Shown: one piece after another, positions 29,283-38,294 of the stretch
Layout: the number at the start of each line of letters is the position of its first letter
Position numbering within the stretch: position 1 is the stretch's first letter
Virus record (IMG/VR): IMGVR_UViG_3300045988_041255
Span: 1 to 38,402 of that record
DNA from: a virus
DNA length: 38,402 nucleotides
Strand: one strand, 5' to 3'
Position numbers and translations under genes: made by a program
Notes under the pieces: model-generated
What the model saw: only the letters and a program-made list of their open reading frames with translations
Told to the model about the DNA's origin: nothing
Database searches by the model: none

Positions 29283-29861
29283 TTACTCACTTGCATCAAG
29301 ACTGTAAAAAACCATCGGCATGGTGTCCTGCGCGTCAATGGAGACGTGGCCGGTCAGCTCAACAGACAGCTGGCCCTTGCCGTTTTTGGTCGTTTGCAGG
29401 CTAAAACCGCCGGTGGACAGTGCATTTTTGATCTGGATGGCCACACAGCCGCCGTCTGCGCGGTCGCCCACCCACCACAGGTCTGTAAAGTCAGCCTGTT
29501 TCAGGTCGCGGCGGGGGGTCACGATGTCATCCTTGCTGGCGGTGGTGGCGCTGATGTCAGCAGCACCCAGAGCCAGCTTGATAGCATTCGCGCTCAGGCC
29601 CAGGCTGGTAAAGGACATCTTGCACTCCCAGCTGTCCAGATGCTTCAATTCCTTCATGTTGACCGGGCAGTTGTCCACGTCCTCGCCCAGGTCGCTGTAG
29701 GTGGGCACACAAGTGGCGTTGATGCCGCCTGTGGTTGCGCAGATGATGTCCTCGTCAGCGGGTGCAGCGGGGGTTGCAGGAGTGAACTTCTTCAGCAGCA
29801 CGCCCGCATCCAGCTGCAGTCCCTCGAAGGTGTCCTGCGGGATTACGGTAAATTTACCCAT
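29283..29861 (-). CDS. Major tail protein
   Basis: 192 aa. Called from position and beta-rich composition. RBS TGAGGTG. Confidence 0.65.
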   Translation of the reverse strand: MGKFTVIPQDTFEGLQLDAGVLLKKFTPATPAAPADEDIICATTGGINATCVPTYSDLGEDVDNCPVNMKELKHLDSWECKMSFTSLGLSANAIKLALGAADISATTASKDDIVTPRRDLKQADFTDLWWVGDRADGGCVAIQIKNALSTGGFSLQTTKNGKGQLSVELTGHVSIDAQDTMPMVFYSLDASE

Positions 29862-29870
29862 TAAATCACC

Positions 29871-30239
29871 TCAATTTGGGCATAAAAAATCGGCGGTAAC
29901 GTTTATGTACCGCCGTTTAATGTTCTTGTCGGTGTCGTCTGCCAGCGACTGGCACCAGGGGGAGCCGCGTAAAAGCCAGATGTAACCTTCGTCGCACTGG
30001 ATAGTGGCACCACCAATGCCCAAAGCCTCCGAAAGCTCTTGCACTTTGGAGTTCGGGACGGCCTCGCCGGTGGTGTAAAACCACATATTTACGGTCATAG
30101 ATACGGGGCTGCCGCCCCATGCGTCGAAAGCCGCATCATATGTCAAGTACGGGAAAGTGACATCCTCCGGTACCGCGTTGCTGGCGTATGCGTCCATAAA
30201 TCGGGAGAAAAAAGCCTGTAGAGCTGCACCTTTCGTCAT
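29871..30239 (-). CDS. Tail terminator / tail completion protein (called from position)
   Basis: 122 aa. ATGA-coupled to the upstream gene. Confidence 0.4.
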   Translation of the reverse strand: MTKGAALQAFFSRFMDAYASNAVPEDVTFPYLTYDAAFDAWGGSPVSMTVNMWFYTTGEAVPNSKVQELSEALGIGGATIQCDEGYIWLLRGSPWCQSLADDTDKNIKRRYINVTADFLCPN

Positions 30240-30595
30240 TGCGGCAGGTCCTTTCGCTCGGCCGTGAAGAATTTAAGCCGCCGCAGACCGGCGGATGCAC
30301 TCTCAGGGGCCTTTTTCTCCTCCGGGTCACTGGTCACTCTGTAAGTGGTGCCGGTGCTGTTATCACGGTAAAAGTCGCCGTACTCGATGGGCACGTCTTT
30401 GTCTACAAGGGCGGAGTATACGCTTGTCACGCCCTGCTTTTCGGCAGCGCGGGCCTGCATACTCGTATCAAGGGCGAAGTAGTTTTTAAACGCTGCACCG
30501 TCAGTCCATGCGATTGTGTAACCGCCTTCGCCGTCCGGCTGGCGCGTTTTGTCAAGCAGCGTACAGTCACGCGCAAAATCGTCAAGCAAACTCAT
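30236..30595 (-). CDS. Head-tail adaptor / head closure protein (called from position)
   Basis: ATG 30595 in an ATGA overlap. 119 aa. Confidence 0.4.
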   Translation of the reverse strand: MSLLDDFARDCTLLDKTRQPDGEGGYTIAWTDGAAFKNYFALDTSMQARAAEKQGVTSVYSALVDKDVPIEYGDFYRDNSTGTTYRVTSDPEEKKAPESASAGLRRLKFFTAERKDLPQ

Positions 30596-31017
30596 AGCTT
30601 CCTCCACTTTTCCAGCCGTGCGGCAAAAATGCTTTGCCAACTCAACGCAGAGCCGCCTTGTGCAGTGTTTCCGCTTGCTTTGGTGTAACTGTACCCCCCG
30701 AAACTCTCACTTTGGAAGGGGCTTTGAGCCGCCTTTTCGTTGGCTTCGCGCCATGCCTGCACATCCTCGGCCAGCTTTACAAACTCGGCCGGTACGGCAA
30801 GTGCCCACACCGCGCCGGTGAACTCCTCATCCTGCAGTACACAGCTGCCGTACTGGTACAGCCCATCGTTAAACACGCTGCCCGCGATCCAAAAGTACTG
30901 GCCAGCTTTGAGAAAAGGCAGCGAAATGCGGCCTTTTTCGACGGCAAAATGGCCCAAATGTACGCCTCCCGGCACCACAAACCAATTCCGGCACTCTCGC
31001 ATCAGCTCCTCAAGCAT
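30592..31017 (-). CDS. Head-tail connector protein (called from position)
   Basis: 141 aa downstream of the capsid gene. RBS AAAAGGAGGG. Confidence 0.4.
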   Translation of the reverse strand: MLEELMRECRNWFVVPGGVHLGHFAVEKGRISLPFLKAGQYFWIAGSVFNDGLYQYGSCVLQDEEFTGAVWALAVPAEFVKLAEDVQAWREANEKAAQSPFQSESFGGYSYTKASGNTAQGGSALSWQSIFAARLEKWRKL

Positions 31018-31035
31018 TGCGCTGCCCTCCTTTTA

Positions 31036-31971
31036 TCAGCCCTTGGTGTTCGCGGCGGCCTGAGCGGCGGGCTTGACAGTAATGACCGCGATGCCGTCCA
31101 GATACTCGGCCCACAGAGCCATACCCATGACGGCGAAGCTCTCACCGACGGCGGTGCCATAGTTGCCCTGAGCGTGGAAGCCGATCAGGGGAGTTTCACC
31201 GCTCACGGTGTAAGTCAGGCCCAGGCTCGAGAACTCGCTAGAGGGGTCGACATAGTACAGGTCAATGTTTTCCACAGGCGTGGCAATGACCTTGTTGCGG
31301 GCAATCTGAGTGGCGGGCAACAGGAACAGGGTGGAATAGCCCATAAAATTCTTGATGTAGGTCAGGCCGAAAGCATTCTGCACGGTCACCTGCGCACTGC
31401 CCAGATAGTCGTAAGCGTCCAGAATGTTCGCAAAACCGACAACTTCGGTCACATCCTTCTGGATGGTGGCGAATTTGTTCAGCACCTCGCCCTGCGCCTT
31501 TGCCAGCGCGGCCTGCCACGAAGCGGCCTCGCCGGTCAGGCTGCCAGTGTTAAGGAAGGTGTAAAACTTGGTCATCACCTCGTTTTGCAGCTTGGTGAGA
31601 AAAGCATCGTCGGACTTCTGCACGGCGATTGTCGCGCCGTACTTGTTCACGTCCTCGATGGGCACGGCCTTAGCATACTTTTGCAGGGTGATGTCATCCT
31701 TCACGGCCTGTGTGATGGTGGCCTTGCTGTAAGGGATTACAGCACCTGCGGGCACTTCGCCGCTTTCCAGCGCAACGCTGGCGGTGTACGACACCAGCGA
31801 GGTGCCAGCCTGCTTGCGGATGGGCCGCATGATGCCGTAAATGTTACGCAGTGCCTCCCAGTTGTAGGCAAAGCGGGTTACAAAGTCCAGCTCGCGGGCA
31901 GTCACGCCAGTGTAGACGTTGGGCAGGCTGTCGCGGGGGGTGGTCAGAGTTTCAACTTTAGTAGCTGCCAT
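31036..31971 (-). CDS. Major capsid protein
   Basis: 311 aa directly after the scaffold gene. RBS AAAGGAG. Confidence 0.75.
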   Translation of the reverse strand: MAATKVETLTTPRDSLPNVYTGVTARELDFVTRFAYNWEALRNIYGIMRPIRKQAGTSLVSYTASVALESGEVPAGAVIPYSKATITQAVKDDITLQKYAKAVPIEDVNKYGATIAVQKSDDAFLTKLQNEVMTKFYTFLNTGSLTGEAASWQAALAKAQGEVLNKFATIQKDVTEVVGFANILDAYDYLGSAQVTVQNAFGLTYIKNFMGYSTLFLLPATQIARNKVIATPVENIDLYYVDPSSEFSSLGLTYTVSGETPLIGFHAQGNYGTAVGESFAVMGMALWAEYLDGIAVITVKPAAQAAANTKG

Positions 31972-31983
31972 TTAAGGCTCCTT

Positions 31984-32607
31984 TCATATTTTCTGGTTGT
32001 TCAGATTCTCTTCAATGGCTTTCAGGCGCGCCTCATAATCCATGACATAGCGTCCTTTTTCATCCTTTTTGTAGATGTCGGCCATTGTGAGCTTTGCGCC
32101 GCCGCTGTTGGCGGGCGGGGTGGGCGTGACGGCTCCCTTTGTGCTGGTGGTGGTGATGTACTCGCTGTAACCATCCTTCAAGCTCTTTTCCAGCTTGTCG
32201 GCCTCTTTCACAGTTCCGTTTTCATCCAGCTCCAGCGCGTCCAGCAGGCCGTCTGCCTTTGCCAGCTTCGCCACGCTCTGCAGGCGCTTTTCGGATACGC
32301 CGATTTTCTTCAGCACGGCTTCCACCGCCTTTTCTTTGGCAGCGGTTGCCTTTTCGGTGTCAACGGCCTTTTTGTAGGTCTCAAAAGCCTTGTGTTCGGC
32401 CTCGTACTTCTCTTTATAGCCGCCTTCACCCTTGCCCTTGATCTCGTCCAGTTCCTTTAGGACGGTGGGCAGCTTCTCCGCATCAGCTTTATAGCGTTCA
32501 ACGTCCGCTTTCAGGCCGTTCACGGTATCGGTGTGGGCTTCAATGATAGTGTCCTGCTGCTCGTCGGTCAGCCCCATACCTTTAAGCAGTTTACGAGTAA
32601 TTGCCAT
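31984..32607 (-). CDS. Scaffolding protein (GP20-like)
   Basis: LLKGMGLTDEQQDTIIEAHTDTVNGLKADVERYKADAEKL... and Lys/Glu-rich coiled coil. Confidence 0.7.
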   Translation of the reverse strand: MAITRKLLKGMGLTDEQQDTIIEAHTDTVNGLKADVERYKADAEKLPTVLKELDEIKGKGEGGYKEKYEAEHKAFETYKKAVDTEKATAAKEKAVEAVLKKIGVSEKRLQSVAKLAKADGLLDALELDENGTVKEADKLEKSLKDGYSEYITTTSTKGAVTPTPPANSGGAKLTMADIYKKDEKGRYVMDYEARLKAIEENLNNQKI

Positions 32608-32655
32608 CTTTTGCTCCTTTTCTTCGGTGCCGGTCCTTCGGCATTCGCAATCTAT

Positions 32656-32682
32656 AAAAAACGGCAGTTCTTCGCCGTTTTT
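32656..32682. terminator. Bidirectional hairpin terminator between the lipoprotein moron and the scaffold gene
   Basis: AAAAAA-CGGC-agttcttc-GCCG-TTTTT. Confidence 0.5.
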
Positions 32683-32686
32683 ACGT

Positions 32687-32721
32687 ATAAAAATAGCACC
32701 TGCCGCAAGTGCGGTAGATGC
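32687..32721 (-). terminator. Imperfect hairpin plus U-rich tail just after the lipoprotein stop
   Basis: Minus strand: GCATCTACCGCA-ctt-GCGGCAGGTGC followed by TATTTTTAT. Confidence 0.45.
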
Positions 32722-32737
32722 TAGGAAAACTTGTTTT

Positions 32738-33121
32738 TTACGGTTTTACTTCCACGTCGGGAAGGATGTTCGTGTGGAAATAGAGTTTATAGTGATACGG
32801 GTCGGTATGGGTGCCAGTAATGTCCTCCACCACATACATGGTGTAGTCGTTCAGGTAGATATAATTTTTGCGGTAGGTGTCCGGGCCGATTTTCACAGTG
32901 CAGACAAGCTCATTACTGGAATTGTTGGAGATAGACATATACCCCTCTGCTTCCATAATGACCTTGTCTGTCCTGGCGTTGTATACGGTAATCTTGCGCT
33001 CGCTCCCAAAGTAATCGGCCTGTTTGGAAATATTGGCATTTGCTTTGTCGGCTTCAGAACAGCTGCACAAAAGCAGCGCTACAGTCATAATCGTGATTGC
33101 GATGTGAATAATCTTTTTCAT
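32738..33121 (-). CDS. Lipoprotein moron (signal peptide plus lipobox Cys)
   Basis: ATG 33121 lies 7 nt after GGGGGT. MKKIIHIAITIMTVALLLCSCSE. Low-GC codon usage. Confidence 0.7.
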   Translation of the reverse strand: MKKIIHIAITIMTVALLLCSCSEADKANANISKQADYFGSERKITVYNARTDKVIMEAEGYMSISNNSSNELVCTVKIGPDTYRKNYIYLNDYTMYVVEDITGTHTDPYHYKLYFHTNILPDVEVKP

Positions 33122-33153
33122 TTGATTTACCCCCAATAAAAAGAGCCGAAGGA

Positions 33154-33552
33154 TTATTTATCCTCCAGCTCACTTTTGATAATTTTTTGATATTGCTGCG
33201 CGTGATCTGCCACGGCGGGCTTGATGTATGGCTTTGCTCTCTGGCCGTGCGTCATGTGCCAATTGCCTTGTGCGTCCTTGTAAACCCACGGGGTGGGTCT
33301 ACCGCCTGTCACATACTTGCCCGTGCCCATCTCGACATAGATGGCATACTCGCTGTCTGTGCCCACATATGCGGCCTTTTCGCCAGGGTCTACCGTGTGC
33401 GTGATGCTGTTGCGCAGGTTGCCGGTATCAACGGGGCACAGCTTTTTTGCGTACCCCTCACCCACAAGCCCACATTTTTCAAGGCTGCGTGCAATGGCTG
33501 CATCAAGCGCGGACAGTACTTCAGCGCTGTGATCGTCAAGTGTTACTTTCAT
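33154..33552 (-). CDS. HK97 gp10-family phage protein
   Basis: ATG 33552 lies 6 nt after AGGAGA. PVDTGNLRNSITH...YAIYVEMGTG is the family signature. Confidence 0.6.
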   Translation of the reverse strand: MKVTLDDHSAEVLSALDAAIARSLEKCGLVGEGYAKKLCPVDTGNLRNSITHTVDPGEKAAYVGTDSEYAIYVEMGTGKYVTGGRPTPWVYKDAQGNWHMTHGQRAKPYIKPAVADHAQQYQKIIKSELEDK

Positions 33553-33574
33553 GGCGCATCTCCTAAAAATGGGC

Positions 33575-33605
33575 ATAAAAAAACCGCCATCGGTTGATAG
33601 CGGTT
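33575..33605 (-). terminator. Terminator after the small Cys-rich gene, inside the late operon
   Basis: Minus strand: AACCGC-(12-nt loop)-GCGGTT followed by TTTTTTT. Confidence 0.5.
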
Positions 33606-33611
33606 CTAACA

Positions 33612-33800
33612 TTAGTTATCAAAATCCGCGTGCCATTTGCATTCAAGACACTTTTTACATTGGTTATCGTTCCACTGGATAGGCGGGTTGTAGTCCTTCA
33701 AAATTCGTTCGCTAATCATTCCGTCTGCAACGTCAACTATTTCCATACACGTTGCTCCGTCTATCTGCCCCTCAATGACTGGGCAATAAACTGTGTTCAT
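33612..33800 (-). CDS. Small acidic Cys-rich protein (possible immunity partner of the MuF C-terminal domain)
   Basis: 62 aa with an ATGA overlap with the MuF stop. CPV...C...CKKCLEC. Low GC. Confidence 0.6.
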   Translation of the reverse strand: MNTVYCPVIEGQIDGATCMEIVDVADGMISERILKDYNPPIQWNDNQCKKCLECKWHADFDN

Positions 33801-35329
33801 TCAAACACCTCCATAATCGCTTCCGTGTCTGATTTGTAATCTTTTCTGCTATAGGATGTTTTAATTTGCAGCGTTTGAGAATCTACATATGCCGCCCCAT
33901 ATTTTGAATAATAGTTGATGCTTTCAACTTTGTCCCAGCGCTTTCGCCTGATGGAACAATATGCATTATCAACGTACCCGCGTGCCTCTTCCACTGTGCA
34001 ACCATGCCTTGCAGCATGTTCATCGCGAAATACCAGCTGAGAAATATCAATTTTCTCCGGTGGTACTCGAATTATGCCTTTCACTCCTGTTGCCTTAACT
34101 TGCTGGAATTTTTGAAAATCGGTTTCGGTTGCTTCTGGGACACGTCGCTTATACGCTACAAATTGCTTTGTGTAATCCCATCCGTCTCCACTGTTATACT
34201 TCAAATTTTGAAACTGTGCAAATGTTCTCAGGGCGTTTTTTCCAAGCACTTTTTGGTATTCTGCATATTGCTCTTGATCGGCAGAAAGGTTCCTAGCCTT
34301 TTTCTGGTATGTGTCCCATACATATCGGTTTTCTGATTTTTTCCAGCTTTCCCATTGCGCATAGGTCATATCCGAGACAAGTATGCTTTTTCCCGTTTCC
34401 GGGTCTCGTGCACGGCGTAGAGGGTTCGGGGTTTTTGGCGCATCGGCAAGTGCCGCAATAAGCGTACAGCGGCAGTTATACACAAGATATCCCGGTGCGC
34501 TTGTGTCGCCGGGATACATGATCTCATAGCCGTCCACATGAAACGGCTTGTCTGTTTCCGCCGTTTGCCCATCCAGCATAGCGTGGGCGTGGCGTGTGCG
34601 GCCGTCCAGTGTGGCCAGCCACTCCTTTTTCAGCTTGATGCCCATCCCTTCGGCGGCGTGGTAACTGTCCATTCTTCCCGCATTCTGCGCGGCTGTAACG
34701 GATGTTCTCGCCGTTCTGATTGCGCTTGCCCGGCTCATGTTTTCCATGCGTTGCTGCATATCATCCGCAATCCTGGATATGCTTTTACCCTGCAAAATAC
34801 TGCTTGTTATACTGGCTGTAATTTGCTTTTTGCCATAGTCGAGGTCAATGCCTCTTTTCAGCGCCCGTTTTGGTGGATAATACGGCATAAGGCCCGGTTG
34901 CTCATCAATCAGCCTCCGCACCGTCTGCTCATCCCACAGTGTAAAATCTGCTTTGTCGCTGATTTGCTCAATCGTGTATGCAGCATAGTTTCTGTTCAGG
35001 GCGTAAATCCCCGGTGTCGCACCGTTTACGTAAGCAACGGCCACTTCATGTGCGTTTGTGTACCGCTCAGCTACTTTATCGCGCAGGGCTTCAAAACGCT
35101 TGCCGTGCCCTATCTGCGCAAGCCGCCACTGCTTGTATTGCTGCTCTGTGATTTCGCCCGCTTCGACTTTCGCAGCCATTTCTGCATCACGCTTTACAAA
35201 TGCTGCAAAATAAGCGTTTACTGTGCCCGTCAGTTCGTCGGCTGCTTGCTTAAACTCAGCTGCAATGCGTTTTTCCAGGGCAGCAAGCTGTTTATCCGTC
35301 CACTTGTGCGCATAATCAGGCTTCGGCAT
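33797..35329 (-). CDS. Head morphogenesis protein (SPP1 gp7 / Mu F family) with a ~200-aa low-GC C-terminal extension
   Basis: RTARTSVTAAQNAGRMDSY...WLATLDGRTRHAHAMLDGQ...YPGD...YNCRCTL is the MuF core (aa 1 to about 300). The extension ends ...FRDEHAARHGCTVEEARGYVDNA... Confidence 0.75.
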   Translation of the reverse strand: MPKPDYAHKWTDKQLAALEKRIAAEFKQAADELTGTVNAYFAAFVKRDAEMAAKVEAGEITEQQYKQWRLAQIGHGKRFEALRDKVAERYTNAHEVAVAYVNGATPGIYALNRNYAAYTIEQISDKADFTLWDEQTVRRLIDEQPGLMPYYPPKRALKRGIDLDYGKKQITASITSSILQGKSISRIADDMQQRMENMSRASAIRTARTSVTAAQNAGRMDSYHAAEGMGIKLKKEWLATLDGRTRHAHAMLDGQTAETDKPFHVDGYEIMYPGDTSAPGYLVYNCRCTLIAALADAPKTPNPLRRARDPETGKSILVSDMTYAQWESWKKSENRYVWDTYQKKARNLSADQEQYAEYQKVLGKNALRTFAQFQNLKYNSGDGWDYTKQFVAYKRRVPEATETDFQKFQQVKATGVKGIIRVPPEKIDISQLVFRDEHAARHGCTVEEARGYVDNAYCSIRRKRWDKVESINYYSKYGAAYVDSQTLQIKTSYSRKDYKSDTEAIMEVFE

Positions 35330-36698
35330 TGCCCATCAGCCCCTCTTGTTGCATCATACTCCGGTCGATTTCTTCGGCCGCTTTCCGGCGCATCAGCTCT
35401 TCGTACTGGTCAGCATCGCCCAGCAGCGTGAGCGCCTTTTTTGTGATGTATTCGTCATCATAATATGCCGCGCCAAGCATCAGGGTTTGCATTTCTTCTT
35501 GCGTGTTGATGATTTTGCTACGTGTATATGTCGGTTCATCGTCGATTCCGGCAACCGCCAGAATGCCCTTGATGCAGCGCGTCACACACGCCTCGAACTT
35601 ATCGCATTTAAGATCAAGCGGCACATAGCTGGCTTTGATTGCCGTTGCCGTTTGATTTCCGGCGGACACGGCCGAACTGTCGAACGCCTGAAAGTCGTCA
35701 TAAAGGCGTTTTGTCAGCATGTCAATGGTCTGCTGTGTGCCCGCATAAGGGGCCTCGATGCTTTGCGGCGTGGCCTTTGCGCCTTCGTCGCCGTCCGCGT
35801 GGGCCACGTGCGTGGTTTTCAGGCGCTCAATAAATTGCGCGTCGTCCAGCTCGTCCATGCCGCCGCAGTTGGTCAGCACCCAGTAAATCAGGTTCCCCTC
35901 GTCGACGTTGTTGACCATGTTAGAGCTTGCCAAGTCCAGCGCGTCAATGGTGTTCCGGCGGCCCTGCATTTCGCTCTGCGCCTTCTTGCCGTTCCGCAGC
36001 GGCACGACGGGGAAAGATGGGTAATTTTCTCCGGCATAGATTTCCGTACCGTCTGCCTCGCTGTGGCGCTCTTTGAGCTTGTAAGGGCGCTTCGGCTGCT
36101 GCACCTGCATTTCGCCGTCTTTGCTCTTGATGTACTGCGTGTATCCGTCCAGCTCGTACAGCGTGGCCCGCAGCGGCTTGCTTTCGTCAATTTTCCAAAA
36201 GCGGATGCCCGCCATAAGCGCACCGTTTTCCTCGTCGTACAGCGGCGCAAATTCTTCAGCGGTAAAAACCTGCGTGTGGTCGTAGTTCCAGAAAACAAAC
36301 GTTTGACCGCTAATTAAAGCCTCTCGCGCTGCGTCCTGCATATCCTCGTCAAAGCAGGGGCAAAGCTGATCTTTTGTCTTTTCGTTGCCAAAAGTAATGC
36401 CATTTCCCAGCAGATAGGATACTTCTTGATCTACAACGCGGCCAAAAAACTTGCTGGCAATTTTGTGGTTCGCGGTGTACATATCCCGGTGAGCCATGCC
36501 CCGAAAATCATAAATGATTTTTTCGTACCGATTGATCGTGGGATTCTCGCCGGTGTAGTAGAGCCGTGCATCCTGCGCAAGGCGATAGCCGTCACTGCTC
36601 TTATACTCGTGGATAGCACTCAACACAAAATTCATCCGCTGACGCTCGTCCTCGCCCACCTCTAAAAGGTCTTGATAATACTTTATGTCACTCACCAC
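35316..36698 (-). CDS. Portal protein (SPP1 gp6-like)
   Basis: 460 aa between terL and MuF, GTG start. YYTGENPTINRYEK... Confidence 0.75.
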   Translation of the reverse strand: MVSDIKYYQDLLEVGEDERQRMNFVLSAIHEYKSSDGYRLAQDARLYYTGENPTINRYEKIIYDFRGMAHRDMYTANHKIASKFFGRVVDQEVSYLLGNGITFGNEKTKDQLCPCFDEDMQDAAREALISGQTFVFWNYDHTQVFTAEEFAPLYDEENGALMAGIRFWKIDESKPLRATLYELDGYTQYIKSKDGEMQVQQPKRPYKLKERHSEADGTEIYAGENYPSFPVVPLRNGKKAQSEMQGRRNTIDALDLASSNMVNNVDEGNLIYWVLTNCGGMDELDDAQFIERLKTTHVAHADGDEGAKATPQSIEAPYAGTQQTIDMLTKRLYDDFQAFDSSAVSAGNQTATAIKASYVPLDLKCDKFEACVTRCIKGILAVAGIDDEPTYTRSKIINTQEEMQTLMLGAAYYDDEYITKKALTLLGDADQYEELMRRKAAEEIDRSMMQQEGLMGNAEA

Positions 36699-38014
36699 CC
36701 TTGCGCAAAAATGCTCTTATACGGCTTTTCTGCCGTGTCTCCGGCTTTGCCTGCCGTGCTCTCCATCGCATACCGCACCGCGTCGATATGGTGGTTGTTG
36801 ATGTCGGGATAGCCTTCCAGCACTTCGCCGGTCTTTGCGTCCCGCTCATACTCGTACTCGCTAAATTCCTTCGCCGTGTCCGGGCACCGCTCTGGGTCAA
36901 TCACAATGGCCGCCAGACTTTGCAGCCATTTTGTGCCATAATTGACCGATTTCGGCCCTTTGCGGGCCGGGAACGTTTTTACCCCGTACTTGTTATAATC
37001 CGCGATGGATTTCGGCTCCGCGCTGTCCGCGCATACTTTGTCCTCGCGGGTCAAACCTCTGTCCAGCAGCAGCTGCGCCGTGTCTCGGTTCGCCGTCCTG
37101 CGCCGCGTCAACTCGTCAAAGATGTACAGCACCCGGCGGGCAGCGTCATAGTGCATGGCGTTGTATGCCCAGGGGTCTGGATACCATCCCCAGTCAACGC
37201 CGCGTTTAATGCGATCGAAGCCCTGCACCTGCTCGTCTGTGATTTTCTCAATCCGCAGGTTTTCAAAAACGGCTGTGCCGCTGCCAACTACTTCCCCCAG
37301 GTACTCATGCCGGTACGCTGTTTCGTTGGTCTTTTCCAGGTACTCCGCATCCGCCAAAAAACGTTCGCCCAGCCACTCCACCGGCGTTGTCTTGTATGTG
37401 GAGTGATGCACCAGCTTGCCGTCGCGGGTCTTGAGCGCGTACCCATTCGCCCAGTTGCGGGCCATTGCGGGTGGGTTGAAGCTTTTGAAGGTGATAAACC
37501 AGTCACCGCCGCGCAGGCAGGACTGCTCCACGTTGCGGATTTGCTCTTCACCGTCAAACTGATCAAGCTCTTCAAACCACGCAATGCCGATATAACCAAA
37601 CGGCATCTTGATGGACTTGACCTTGCCGGGGTCATCCATGCCGAAAAAAAGCACCTTTTGCCCGGTCGGCAAATAGGTGCATTCCATGGGAGACACTGTG
37701 CAGCGGAAGTAGTCGTGCAGCCCCAGCTCATTGATAGCCCATACAATCTGGGCATAAACACTTGTACGCAGAGTATTCGCAACCCGGCGGAACACTGCAG
37801 CGTGACATTGCGGATGTTTCAGCAGTTGCAGCAGCAGCTCAATGCTAATATAGCTTGACTTCGTGCTGCCTCTGCCGCCCTTCGCAAGCAGCTCCTGCAC
37901 GTTCCCGGCCTTGATCTGCCGGTGCACGTCCGCAAAGCAGGGCGAAACCATGTTCGAGAGTTTATAAGTCGTCAATGATCTGCACCCCGCTGTCAACTGA
38001 TTGCTCTGGTTCAT
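36692..38014 (-). CDS. terL: Terminase large subunit (PBSX/Terminase_3-like). The start is uncertain: ATG 38014, TTG 38026 or TTG 37975.
   Basis: Walker A AKGGRGSTKSS. ...FFGMDD... and the C-terminal nuclease region INNHHIDAVRYA. Confidence 0.85.
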   Translation of the reverse strand: MNQSNQLTAGCRSLTTYKLSNMVSPCFADVHRQIKAGNVQELLAKGGRGSTKSSYISIELLLQLLKHPQCHAAVFRRVANTLRTSVYAQIVWAINELGLHDYFRCTVSPMECTYLPTGQKVLFFGMDDPGKVKSIKMPFGYIGIAWFEELDQFDGEEQIRNVEQSCLRGGDWFITFKSFNPPAMARNWANGYALKTRDGKLVHHSTYKTTPVEWLGERFLADAEYLEKTNETAYRHEYLGEVVGSGTAVFENLRIEKITDEQVQGFDRIKRGVDWGWYPDPWAYNAMHYDAARRVLYIFDELTRRRTANRDTAQLLLDRGLTREDKVCADSAEPKSIADYNKYGVKTFPARKGPKSVNYGTKWLQSLAAIVIDPERCPDTAKEFSEYEYERDAKTGEVLEGYPDINNHHIDAVRYAMESTAGKAGDTAEKPYKSIFAQGW

Positions 38015-38294
38015 CCCGCTGGCCAAGATACTGCTTACCCAGCCAAATTGCCATATTTGCGTTCTTTTCGGCTAGCTTAAGCTGCATCCGCCGAAGGCTT
38101 GCTTTGCCCGATGTACTCAGCTTTTTATAAGTCTCCGCAAAAGTTGCGTGGTATGTTTTTTTGCACCAGCGGTTCAGTGTGTCCTCGCTGCACTCGAATA
38201 CCGCACACATTTCCACTTCGGTGCACTGTATGCGGCACAAATTTTCAAAAAGACCTTGCTCAATTTCTTTGCGCGGCCTTCCCATTTTCGCCAC
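37962..38294 (-). CDS. terS: Terminase small subunit
   Basis: GTG 38294 lies 6 nt after GGAAGGAGG (alternative ATG 38285). MGRPRKEIEQGLFENLCRIQCTEVEMCAVFECSEDTLNRWCKK is an HTH. Confidence 0.7.
   Translation of the reverse strand: MAKMGRPRKEIEQGLFENLCRIQCTEVEMCAVFECSEDTLNRWCKKTYHATFAETYKKLSTSGKASLRRMQLKLAEKNANMAIWLGKQYLGQRDEPEQSVDSGVQIIDDL

Noticed and set aside
30634-32460. 608-aa plus-strand ORF. Similar long antisense ORFs: 28410..29864, 21162..22322, 7473..8357, 7523..8509, 4327..5274, 34538..35431, 35346..36317, 36701..37858.
   Set aside because: Each lies exactly opposite a recognisable structural or replication gene, has Arg/Ala/Gly/Leu-heavy low-complexity translation and no RBS. 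These are shadow ORFs typical of GC-rich DNA.
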